35,470 nucleotides of DNA from Octopus sinensis. Lineage: Eukaryota. The notes beneath the pieces were generated by a model. It was not told the origin of the DNA, did not search any database, and was given only the letters and a program-made list of their open reading frames with translations. A program made the position numbers and the translations under genes. Below are positions 12,300 to 23,730 of this stretch, in pieces. The DNA lies in contig NW_021832018.1 in NCBI RefSeq assembly GCF_006345805.1, positions 1 through 35,470 on the forward strand. The letters run 5' to 3'. Every line of letters begins with the position of its first letter. The stretch's first letter is position 1.

Positions 12300-12870
12300 G
12301 GTGGCTAGACAATCTATTCAGATTGGATAGGCTACCGGTAGATAGGTTATCGATGGTAGGCGTTGATAGATAGGCAATTGGGGGTCTAGACAATTAAGGA
12401 GTAAGCAATCGGTGTGTAAATTATGGATGGGAAATCGGGAGTATGCAGTTGGTAGTAATCGGTGATTATAAGATAGACAATTGGGAAGTAAGCAATCAGC
12501 GTGTAGGTAACCGGTGGGGTAGGCAACAGGTAGGATAGGCAATCGGTGAATAGGTAATCGATGGGATGGGCAATCAAGGCATAAGCAATTGCGTGATTAG
12601 CAATTGGGGTATAGACAATCGGTGGAATAGACAATCTGTGGGATAGACAACAGGAGGGATAGGCAACAGATAGGATAGACCATCGATGGAATAGGCAATC
12701 AGCGGATAGGTAATAGGTGGGATGGGCAATCAATTCATAGGCAATTGCGTGATTAGCAATCAGCATATAAACAATTAGTGTATTGGCAATCGGTGGGATA
12801 GGCAATCGATGGATAGACAATCAACAGAAGAAAAAGATCGGTAATCGGTGGGAAAGGTAATTAGTGGGTT
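12300..12870. repeat. Degenerate minisatellite, unit about GGATAGGCAATCGGT (15-16 bp)
   Basis: Recurrent GATAG(G/A)CAAT(C/T)G. It explains the minus-strand ORFs here. Confidence 0.85.
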
Positions 12871-13267
12871 AGGCATGACTATCTTATAATTCATTTAGGG
12901 TAACATTGTACGACGTTCTCTTCTATTTTGACAACAATGGGCAGGATGACTGCTATTTCTGGTGGAATGATTGATCGTGTAGGAGATTCCTTCTTAGCTC
13001 ATACTCATACTGATGTTAAACAGTGCGACGGCATTTATAGCAATCTTTTGACCAATTGGTTACGTATTAACCCCTTAATGGATCAATTATTTTGACACGG
13101 CGCTTCATTTCAGAGCATATTTTTTAATTTCCTTTTTTAATTATATACACTGTGTTAATTACAAAAAGTTTTTTTTATCATGTTTCCTTTATTATTTTTT
13201 TATTATAGAAATTAAAATGTACTTTTACTCATTTGGATTTAAACGAGTTAACTCGGACATTGAAAAG

Positions 13268-13423
13268 ATACATCGACCCCAGTGCGTTACTAGTACTTAT
13301 TTAATCGATCTCGAAAGGATGAAAGACAAAGTCGATCTCATTGGAATTTGAACTCGGAACGTGAAAACGAACGAAATACCGCAAAGCATTTTGCCCGGCG
13401 TGCTAACGATTCTGCCAGCTCGC
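13268..13423 (-). mobile_element. CORE-like SINE
   Basis: Matches 7716-7884 and 19022-19190. Confidence 0.9.
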
Positions 13424-13429
13424 ATCTAA

Positions 13430-13900
13430 AATCTTAGAAAGACAACAAATCATCAAAAGCAAAAGACAACCCAAAACACTAAAACTCATTCTCAATGGAG
13501 CAAAAATTCAAAAAAGAAACCTCCAACCAAACGGTCACAAAAAGCGGGAGAATAAACTGCGGCGCATTGAGAGGCCAGAATTCAAATTCAAAGATGGCCA
13601 AACCTTCAAAGTTAAATCCAATCTCACCGGCAACACGGAAAACCTACATAATTACATGCAATGGTTGCCATAATAATTACATAGGTCAGACAGGCGGATC
13701 ATTACGCAACAGAATCACGATCCATCGCCAACAGATCCGAGACAAAAATACAAAGAAAATTCCAAATTTCAAAATATTTCCCCTCTACAAGTGCTCAGAT
13801 TCAAACAATAACAAAGACTAAATAAAGGCAATTTACCAAGAAGTATAAACCACAATTAAATATAGACTTACCACAACCGATAAATAAGAACAGACACTTA
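13430..13900 (+). pseudogene. Penelope-like element GIY-YIG endonuclease fragment (decayed)
   Basis: ILERQQIIKSKRQPKTLKLILNGA linker-like segment, then TYIITCNGCHNNYIGQTGGSLRNRITIHRQQIR, which is a GIY-YIG pattern with the CxxC typical of PLEs. Frameshifted and internally deleted. Confidence 0.85.
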
Positions 13901-13999
13901 AAAACAGTTTTATACATATTATCATTTGTAAAATACTTCCCATCATTTCCTAAATCTTTTTTCCAATATTCATATATGCCAGCACACACACACACAACA

Positions 14000-14068
<69 letters not shown>

Positions 14069-14831
14069 CATACACGCACATACACAGGAAAGAAAACATT
14101 ACAAAAAACACACTCATACACACACAGAAACATACACGCATACGCTTACACGCACACACGGACACACAGACATACACACAGCTGGTGACCACACAAATAC
14201 AAACAAAGGAAGACACTCAAAAGAAAACATCTAAACCAAAGAAAAATCTTAATTCTTTCTTCAAGATATTCTTCTCAACATACACACTCATCAACTCATA
14301 ATTGGTCATTTTCCAAACATATTGAAAAGACATTCAACACATACACACACACTCACACATACACACACATACAGATGGACATAAAACTCATTCAATAAAT
14401 GCCTTTTAGCCACTCGGTAGGAACACACAAAGATTTCTTTTAGACCTCTTCTCTCACTCTCTAACACTTTGAACTCTATACCAAATTAAATTTAAAGAAG
14501 ACTTCAACGAAAAATCTCCAGACACGTTCTTGACCCCCAGACAGAAGAGAAACTATTTTTACTTCAAATTTTTATAAATTTTAACTGATATTTGATAAGA
14601 TGTGATAAATCAAAACTGGTGATATTTTCTTTATATAATTTTAAAATCATTTTTATTAAATTTCTCTTTAATTGAAATGTCTTAGACTTACTTCTGTACT
14701 ACTTCCAGTTCCATCATTTATGTAAATAAATGAATATATAAATATATATATACATATAGTTTAAAGATGTAATAGAGGTAGAATCAACAAGGAAAGTACT
14801 CTATCCTGTAAGAGATAAATGTCAATTTGAA

Positions 14832-14954
14832 TACACAACCAAAAAGCTACTAATAGTTTCATGCCTTTATGATATTTAAAAAGGCACATTTATGAAATAT
14901 GCTTGTTCAAGTATCATAACAGCATGGAAGTATTAGTAGTTTTTCGGTTGTGTA
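14832..14954. repeat. Imperfect hairpin, 60-bp arms, 3-nt loop
   Basis: 14832-14891 versus the reverse complement of 14895-14954: 49/60 identical, no indels. Confidence 0.9.
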
Positions 14955-14963
14955 CTTAATTGG

Positions 14964-15024
<61 letters not shown>

Positions 15025-15306
15025 TTATATATATATTATATATATATAATTTGTAACAATTAAGGATAACCTCTTAATAAGGGATCTTAACAAGAAATTA
15101 TCGGGTAGTTAGCGTGAAACCTCATAAAAGAAAAGAATTCGAAAATAATTTTTTTCTTTTGAACAAATTAATTATATCTATATGTATAGAGGGCATTATT
15201 ACACATAAATGCCTCACACTAAGAGGGACAAAGTCATTACTACCAAAATTATACTAATCATACCTAAATGCAGTTTTTCAAAGCAAGACATTTAAAAAAT
15301 GAATTT

Positions 15307-15364
15307 AGTTCTGTATCACCGTGATTTCACATTCAACTTACGTCTTATGATCCTCAGCAGAACT
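15307..15364 (-). ncRNA. Type I hammerhead ribozyme motif
   Basis: AGUUCUG-CUGAGGA-UCAUAAGAC-GUAA-GUUGAAUGU-GAAA-UCACGGUGA-UA-CAGAACU. Helix I is 7 bp, the core is intact, and helix III is near-palindromic. Confidence 0.8.
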
Positions 15365-15406
15365 GATTCTGAACACATCATAAATATATATATATGTATA
15401 TATATA

Positions 15407-15558
15407 TTTATTAAGGGCATTACTATACATAATTGCCTCACGCTATGAGAGACTCTTAAAGTCAAAACTACCATAATAAATACATTTATTATGGTAGTTT
15501 TGACTTTAAGAGTCCCTCATAGCGTGAGGCATTTATATATAGTAATGCCCTTAATAAA
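15407..15558. repeat. Near-perfect palindrome, 75-bp arms, 2-nt loop
   Basis: 72/75 identity between arms. Centre ATAAAT-AC-ATTTAT. Confidence 0.97.
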
Positions 15559-15843
15559 AAATATTTAAAGGGAATAATTAAAAGTTTCTCCCTTATGAGG
15601 TTTTTCAGACTGACTACTTGATAAATTCTGATAAAGATGTTATCCTATTTTAAAATTTTATATATACATACATACATACATACATACATACATACATACA
15701 TACATACATACATACATACATACATACATACATACTTACAAACACACACACACACACATATACACACACAGAAATATATATATATATATATATGTGTGTG
15801 TATGTATGTATATGCATATATATACGTGTGTGTATGTGTGTAC

Positions 15844-15887
<44 letters not shown>

Positions 15888-15893
<6 letters not shown>

Positions 15894-16778
15894 CATCCTA
15901 TAAATAATGCGATTTTTTCAATTGCACGTACTAAAAGTCGGAGGGGAACGGGATAAACTATCTGCATCAAGTTGCTATAAAAGCAGGTAGTAATTTTACC
16001 TAGTCCTTATTCTTAGTGCAAGTTTTGAAGAGTGCAGTTCGATTTTAAAAGTTATTTTTTCAAAGCTATAATGGAAGTGACAAAGGAGCATATTCGGCAT
16101 ATTTTGCTGTATGAGATCAATGAAAGCAACAACGCAACGGATAGTGCGAGTAATATTAATGCAACATATGGAGATCGGACAATAAGCGTAAGCCAGTGAC
16201 AATGGTCGTTCCAGATATTCCGAGCCGGAAACTACAGCCTAGAAGATGAGCATCGTCCTGGAAGATCTGTAGAGCTTGACAACGACGTCCTGCAAACCCA
16301 GGTGGATCAAAATCCCATCGTAACTGTTGAGGAACTAGCAGAGAAGCTTGGATTTGGTCATTCAGTCATTCATCGACACCTGTGCTAGAAGAAAAATGAC
16401 TATCTTTGGTTTCAAGACGAAAGGTGTCCTTCCATCAGGAGGATGCTCGGCCACTTACACCATATTCGTCCATGCTCGGCCACTTACACCATATTCGTCG
16501 GGCATTGCCCCATCTGATTATCATTTATTCTACAGCCTTCAAAATCATTTGAATGGAAAATATGAATTCTATAGACGAGGTCAAAACAATACTAGAGGAG
16601 TATTTTTCGTTGCGGACAAGTGAGTTTTGTAAGAGAGGCCTTGGAAGTCTACCTGATAGATGGAAGAGCATTGTAGAAAATGAAGGAGAGTATATTTTAG
16701 ATGAAAAAAGAACTTTGTTTTAATTTTGAAAAATAAGAGAAGTATAAAAAATCGCATTATTTATGGGATGAACCAATA
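15888..16778 (+). mobile_element. Non-autonomous mariner (internal-deletion derivative, both TIRs present)
   Basis: 5' TIR TATTG..TCATCCTATAAATAATGCGATTTTTT and 3' TIR AAAAAATCGCATTATTTATGGGATGAACCAATA. ATG at 16071 gives MEVTKEHIRHILLYE...YSLEDEHRPGRSVELDND...EELAEKLGF. Later remnants include ARPL.PYSSGIAPSDYHLFYSLQNHLNGK. Confidence 0.93.
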
Positions 16779-16781
16779 CAT

Positions 16782-16917
16782 CACTAGATCCTGAGTTCAA
16801 TTCCTAGATTAGGTGGTTCGCTGTGTGTGCAAAACACTTCATCTCACGTTGCACTGCGATCACCTCAATACCTGACTTGTAGCACACCGTGCACCTGTTC
16901 ATGCTACGCTGATTGAC

Positions 16918-16949
<32 letters not shown>

Positions 16950-17025
16950 CTAATGTACCACGCATACATTTGTGCAAATCGTTCGGCAAAAGAGTTGACC
17001 ATTCATACGTCATCTTCGACAGGTG
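16782..17025 (+). mobile_element. Degenerate 5'-truncated SINE with (GA)n
   Basis: GAGTTCAATTCC B-box-like motif, then GCAAAACACTTCATCTCACGTTGC body as in 27712-28037. Confidence 0.6.
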
Positions 17026-17082
17026 AGTCTGTCATATATATGATAATATAAATTTATGCATATGTATATATATATATATAAT

Positions 17083-17282
<200 letters not shown>

Positions 17283-17546
17283 CGCCTTATCTAAAGTGGG
17301 CAAGAATTTACAAACTCTCCTTCCTTTATTGAATTCCTTAACAGACAAAGCTTTATTAAGTTTTAACGTACATTTATATATGTCAAAAAATCTATACACC
17401 AAGATACAGACACACGCGAATACATATACAAAACACACACACTCACGCACACATACATATTTGTGTACATATACATATATATTCATAAATACATATACAT
17501 ACATACACATATATATATACACATACACATATATATATATTGTATA

Positions 17547-17647
<101 letters not shown>

Positions 17648-18411
17648 TATATATATATATATACGTGTGTGCATATATGCGCGCGCACATACACACATAC
17701 ATATGGGTGCATGCACACATACACATACACACACGAAATATAAGTATATTCAACTAGAGACTGTCTACCTATAATACGTTATTGCAATGTCCTGCTTTTG
17801 TGACCGCAGAATTAATATATTTTGATTCACCAATGAAAACATAGATTGGCAAATGTGAGGTTTCATCTGTCGCCAAGGACACAATCAATCAAAATGACAT
17901 TATGTGTTTTCCCCGCTTCTTTCAAAAAAAGAAAGAAAAGAAAAAAAGCTCAGAGATTCCAAGGTTTAAGCACAGAGTGGCTGAACATTCGGAAATTGCT
18001 TCTGATGCAGTCGTCGAAGTTTTGGCATTTTTATTACAGAAAGCATTACATGAAAACAAATTTATTATGTTATGGTTAAAAGTAAGAAAATGTTATTTCA
18101 TGGTTCTCTCTACCAATTCTTGCGTTAATGGCTAACCAAAATTGTGCATGATTTTTTTTTATTGGGAATCGATCGATAAATTTAGGAAAAAAGAAAGAAA
18201 TTAATGATTATAGAATTGTTCAGAAGTGTAATGCTTCTTTGAGGACTCCATTACAATTGCTTTGGCAATTGTCTCTTTTCTAAAAATGGCATTTAAAAGT
18301 TATTATTACTGTTTGTTCAAAAGAAAAGTTAATATTAACTTTCTTTTTTACGTTGCTAAGATCGAAATCTTGAGGTGTTTTGCGTGCCATGATATTTGTA
18401 ATTATTTATTA

Positions 18412-18716
18412 TTTATGCACCCTTTTCAAGCCTAGCCAGGCTCATGGGCCCGGTTTCCCGTTTTCTGTAGCGCATGTGTTCCCCCCAGCTGGACAGGACG
18501 CCAGTCCATCGCAGCGTTACTCAAGAAACGGGAAGAGAGAGTGAGAGAAACTTGGAGCAAAAGAGTACAACAGGGGTCGCTATCACCCCCTGCCGGAGCC
18601 TCGTGGAGCTTTAGGTGTTTTCGCTCAATAAAAACATACAACGCCTGGTCTGGGAATAGAAACCGCGATCCTCCGACCACAAGTCCGATGCCCTAACTAC
18701 TGGGCCATTGCGCCTC
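18412..18716 (-). mobile_element. Full-length tRNA-derived SINE (head type A)
   Basis: Minus strand GAGGCGCAATGGCCCAGTAGTTAGGGCA... head as in 33408. Tail GCGATGGACTGGCGTCCTGTCCAGCTG...GCCTGGCTAGGCTTGAAAAGGGTGCAT. Confidence 0.92.
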
Positions 18717-18970
18717 AAATAAATGCACCCTTTTAAAGCCTAGCCAGGCTCATGGGCTCGGTTTCCCGGTTTCAATGGCGTATGTGTTCTCCAGCTGGAC
18801 AGAACACCAGTCCATCGCAGCGTTACTCATTTTTGCCAGCTGAGTGGACTGGAGCATCGTGAAATGAAGTGTCTTGCTCAAGAACACAACGCGTCGTCCG
18901 GTCCAGGAATCGAAACCACAATCTTACGATCATGATGCTGACACCCTAACCACTAAGCCACGCGCCTCCA
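18717..18970 (-). mobile_element. Full-length tRNA-derived SINE (head type B, same tail as neighbour)
   Basis: Minus strand GGAGGCGCGTGGCTTAGTGGTTAGGGTG...GTTTCGATTCCTGGACC. The tail is nearly identical to that of 18412-18716. Confidence 0.92.
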
Positions 18971-19021
18971 CTTTTAAGGAAGATAGCGTTTTGTAAATAT
19001 TGTTTTAAAATTTGGTATAAG

Positions 19022-19190
19022 GTGAGAGGGTAAGTCGATTACCAGTACTCATCTGGTACTTATTTCATCGACTCCGAAAAGATGAAAAGCAAAGTTGATC
19101 CCAGCGGAATTTGAACTCGAAATGTGAAGACGGACGAAATGCCGCTAAGCATATTGCCCAGCGCGCTATCGATTCTGCCAACTCACCGCC
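19022..19190 (-). mobile_element. CORE-like SINE
   Basis: Matches 13268-13423. Confidence 0.9.
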
Positions 19191-19732
19191 TTTTACACTG
19201 AGTAAATATTAGCAACGTTTTCTACAATTTTGCAACGTTCTGAAAGCATTTGCAACAATTCAGAAAAATTTCAACCTTTTCAGTATTGGCAATGATTGAA
19301 AAGGTTGGAAATTAACTAACAGATAAACAATAAAACAATTATTATTATTTAAATCCTTAAAGGGACAAGAAAAATATAAAACATAGAAAAATAATATAAA
19401 ATAAAACACATAAGGCCCTTTTATACTGGAAAAATCCTAGGAAAATACAGAATATGTGAAAAGAATAACAGAAAAAAAAATCAAATATTCCTATATCGAT
19501 GTTGAAGATTCGCTTTTAAAAGGACAAAAGAATCTTTATTTTTGTAAAAGGACGATTGACATTTGGAGAAATATCTTAATATTGTTATAAACATTTCACT
19601 CAACCTTTTATAACCGTAGATAACATTAGGAAAATCAGATTATGGCGTCATTCCTCAATCCTATTTCGATAAAACCATTTGTTTTTTTTTTATGACACGC
19701 ACATCACAAATGAAATCTAATGTAATCGGCCA

Positions 19733-20392
19733 TACATTCATACATACATATATACATACATAATACATACATACATACATACATACATACATACATGCAT
19801 GCTTGCATGCATACATACATACATACATACATGCATGCATGCATGCAAACATACATACATACATACATACATGCATGCATGCATGCATGCATACATGCAT
19901 ACATGCATGCATACATACATACATACATACATACATACATGCATGCATGCATGCATACATGCATGCATACATGCATGCATACATACAAACATACATACAT
20001 ACATGCATGCATGCATGCATACATACATACATACATACATACATGTTTGCATGCATGCATGTATGCATGCATACATACATACATACATACATACATGCAT
20101 GCATACATACATACATACATGCATGCATGCATACATACATACATACATGCATGCATGCATACATACATGCATACATACATACATACATGCATGCATGCAT
20201 ACATACATACATACATGCATGCATGCATACATACATACATACATGTTTGCATGCATGCATGCATACATACATACATGCATGCATGCATGCATACATACAT
20301 ACATACACACACACATGCATGCATGCATTCATACATACATACATGCATACATACATACATACATACATACATACATACATACATACATACAT
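19733..20392. repeat. Mosaic (TACA)n/(TGCA)n tetranucleotide array
   Basis: Direct reading. It explains six overlapping ORFs. Confidence 0.97.
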
Positions 20393-20565
20393 AGGAGCAG
20401 GCGTGGCCGTATGGTTAGAAGTTTACCTCCCACATGGTTCCGGGTGCAGCTCCACCGAGTAGCACCTCAGGCAAGTGTCTTGTACTATACAACTAAAGTG
20501 TCTTGTACTATACAGACTAAAGGCTTGTGAGACCTGAATTGGTATGCGGAATTTAAGAAGCCAGT

Positions 20566-20645
<80 letters not shown>

Positions 20646-20961
20646 AGAAAATGTTTAGAAAATGTTTAGAAAATGTTAAAATCTTTGACAATGATAGGAA
20701 AATGTTAAGAGGAGCTTTTTGTTTAAACAGTTTACATGAAAGTGTTCAAAATAGGTAGTAAAATAAATTTATAATTATTTTGTCCCCACCATTATCGCTT
20801 GACAACCGATGTTAGTGTGTTTACGTCCCCATAAGTTAGCGGTTCGGCAACACAGATCGATAGGATAAGTACCAGACTTACAAAGTTCTGGGGTCGATTT
20901 GTTCGACTAAAGGTGGTGCTTCAGCATGGCAGCATTGAAATGACTGAAACAAGTAAAAGAA
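20393..20961 (+). mobile_element. tRNA-derived SINE split by (TA)n and about 140 bp of foreign sequence
   Basis: Head at 20393-20565 (GCGTGGCCGTATGGTTAGAAG). Body and tail at 20780-20961 (TTGTCCCCACC...GGTGCTTCAGCATGGC...GACTGAAACAAGTAAAAGA). Confidence 0.85.
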
Positions 20962-21260
20962 TATATATATATATATAATATATAAAATTAGAGATAAAAC
21001 CACTATTAGGCAAATCAAACAGTGAAAATCATAAACCAATACATAGAAATAAAATTAATTAATAAAAAATATATAAAATATAAAATTCAAAATTTAAATT
21101 ATTTTAATTTAAATTTAAAGTTTATTTTTATATATATAACTATCAAAAAGTATTATAAGTTAATATAAGATAAAGAGTAAAACCACTACGATCGTTTCAT
21201 GTCCATAAACCAATTCGAATAACAATAATTAAATTCAATTAATAATTCGATATATATATA

Positions 21261-21338
<78 letters not shown>

Positions 21339-21381
21339 ATATATTATATATATATATGTGTGTGTGTGTGGGTGTGTGTGT

Positions 21382-21890
21382 ACAAAAATACATCTCATTT
21401 TAACAGATATATTTACCAACATTTCATAAAAATATCTTGAAATACTAAAGAGTAAGTATATTCAATAAAATCGCATTAGCTTCAATCACGGCCGCCAGAT
21501 GACTTCGGAATCCTCTGCAACTCTTCTGGACAGTCTCTTTGTTTAAGTTGGTGAATGTTGCCATAAACATTGCCTTCAGTTCATCTTTGATGTTACAAGA
21601 AGTTTTGTTGGTCTTTCAGTCAGCTGCTGTCCCAAATATAATAATCAATGGGGTTGCAGCCTGGGGAGTTTGATGGTCAGATGTCACGAGTGATGTGGTC
21701 GCAGAAATTGTCTGCTAGCCATGACTGGGTTCTCCTGCTTGTGTGGCATGGTGCAGAGTGTTGTTGCCATCACTAATGATCACTCCAAACACCATGATGT
21801 TGAATGGATGTTTGATTTTTATCACTCTCGATACATGTTTTGGGGACACGGCAAGCCAACGGTTGTTCTGTGTGTTCACCATCTGTTCGT
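21382..21890 (-). mobile_element. Decayed maT-like (DD37D) transposon
   Basis: QMVNTQNNRWLAVSPKHVSRVIKIKHPFNIMVFGVIISD / WQQHSAPCHTSRRTQSWLADNFCDHITRDI*PSNSPGCNPIDYYIW. There are 37 residues between the second and third catalytic positions. Confidence 0.88.
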
Positions 21891-22097
21891 ATTGAAGCTG
21901 CTTCCAGGGCGAATGTCAAGCAGCACAGCATGTCATTTCGAAATTCCTGGTACAGTGAATTGAATCATGGTGCTGTTTCTCTCACAAACGGTGCCGAACC
22001 GATTATACTATACTGTGTAGTCGACAAAATCAATAACAAACAATTCACATGCGCGAAATCAAAAATATAAAATAGCGATAATTTAGCCATCTCACCC

Positions 22098-22153
<56 letters not shown>

Positions 22154-22249
22154 TGTTTGTATTCCACCTGCCTTCGTCTTTTGTTTATTTCCGTAAACCT
22201 GCCTTCGTCTTTTGTCTATTTTCATAAAGCTTCCCGTTATATATATAAT

Positions 22250-22295
<46 letters not shown>

Positions 22296-22351
22296 GTGGT
22301 GTGTGTGTGTGTATGTGTATATATCTATATCTATTTCTTTCTCTCGCTCTC

Positions 22352-22419
<68 letters not shown>

Positions 22420-22859
22420 ATATTTCGAGGTGGTCAATGAAACGCATGTAAAAAAGAAGAGACTAATACATCGAAGAGATGGAAGCACACTCCTTCAGAT
22501 ATTCAAACTAAAACACATTAAAGCTACTCGAGAAGTTTTACACGGATCACCACATTGAAAGGAGAGAAAATTTTCATATACTACATGCTATGAAAAAACC
22601 TACTTCGTGAAAATAACGACAACGTCGAAGGAGGATTGTTCTGCAATGAGTTAATATAATCTGCAGCACTTAGCAACGAGAAATCGTTCAGAAAGTCTTC
22701 TATATTTATAAAGACGATAAGTTTTTCTAGCTATTCAAATAATGAATATATAACCTTGTGAACACAGGTGTGAAAACTTTAAGAGACTTTGGCTTTAAGC
22801 ACAATATTCGCCGAGAAAATCTGTAAACATGTACGCGATAGTCGTCGCCATCATAATGA

Positions 22860-23068
22860 TCATCATGATCATTAGATCGAGATCATCATGGTCATCATCA
22901 TCATCACCGTCTTAATCGTCATCATCGTCGTCGTCGTCGTCGTCATCATCGTCGTCGTCGTCGTCGTTGTCATCATCGTCGTCGTCGTCGTCGTTGTCAT
23001 CATCGTCGTCGTCGTCGTCGTTGTCATCATCGTCGTCGTCGTCGTCGTTGTCATCATCATCATCATCG
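22860..23068. repeat. (GTC)n/(ATC)n repeat with 27-bp higher-order unit
   Basis: GTCATCATCGTCGTCGTCGTCGTCGTT repeated about 4 times. Confidence 0.93.
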
Positions 23069-23159
23069 TAGAAAAAAATTAAAGAAACGATAAAGCATTG
23101 TTGTCTTCGTCCTCGCGGTCATCATTGTCATCATCGTTGTCGTTATCGTCGTTATCGTC

Positions 23160-23730
23160 GTCAACATCATCATCACCGCCTCGACGTAGCTTCTGCCTCC
23201 GCTGCCGCCTCTACCACCGTCGCGTCCGCCGTTGCCTCCGCCGTTGCCTCCGCCGTTGCCTCCGCCGTTGCTTCCGCCGTTGCCTCCGCCGTTGCCTTCG
23301 CCATAGCCTCCGCCGTTGCTTCCGCGGTTGGCTCCGCCGTTGCCTCCGCCGTTACCTCCGCCATTGCCTCCGCCGTCGCCTCCGCCGTTGCCTCCGCCAT
23401 TGCCTCCGCCGTTGCCTCCGCTGTCGCCTCCACCGTCACCTCCGCTTCCGCCTCCACCGTCGTCTCCGCCTTCGCCGTCACCTCCTCCACCACCGTCACT
23501 TTCGCCTCCCCCGTCATCTCCGCCTCCGCCTCCGCCGTCGTCTCCGCCGTCGTCTCCGGCTTCGCCGTTGCCGCCACTGCCGCCTCTGCTTCAAGATTCG
23601 TCTCCGCTACCGTCGCTGTCGCCACGATTGCCACCACCATCACTACCGCGGTCACCTCAGCCGTCACCTCTGCCGCAACCTCTTCTGACAACTCAACCAC
23701 CACCACCTCCACCACCATCATTTCTGTCGT
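23160..23730. repeat. GC-rich 12-bp minisatellite (TTGCCTCCGCCG)n and derivatives
   Basis: Direct reading. It is stop-free in several frames. Confidence 0.9.

Larger units (their letters stand above)
15054..15646 (-). mobile_element. Penelope-like terminal-repeat complex with hammerhead and inverted duplication
   Basis: 15054-15380 carries an HHR. 15407-15481 repeats 15190-15250 directly. 15484-15646 is an inverted copy running back to the AGGATAAC end. Confidence 0.65.

Noticed and set aside
17902-18135. 77-aa ORF with a GTAAGA donor
   Set aside because: There is no polypyrimidine acceptor (the upstream sequence is A-rich) and no recognisable homology.
19267-19313. 47-nt hairpin AATTTCAACCTTTTCA/TGAAAAGGTTGGAAATT
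   Set aside because: Short and AT-rich, with no further support for function.
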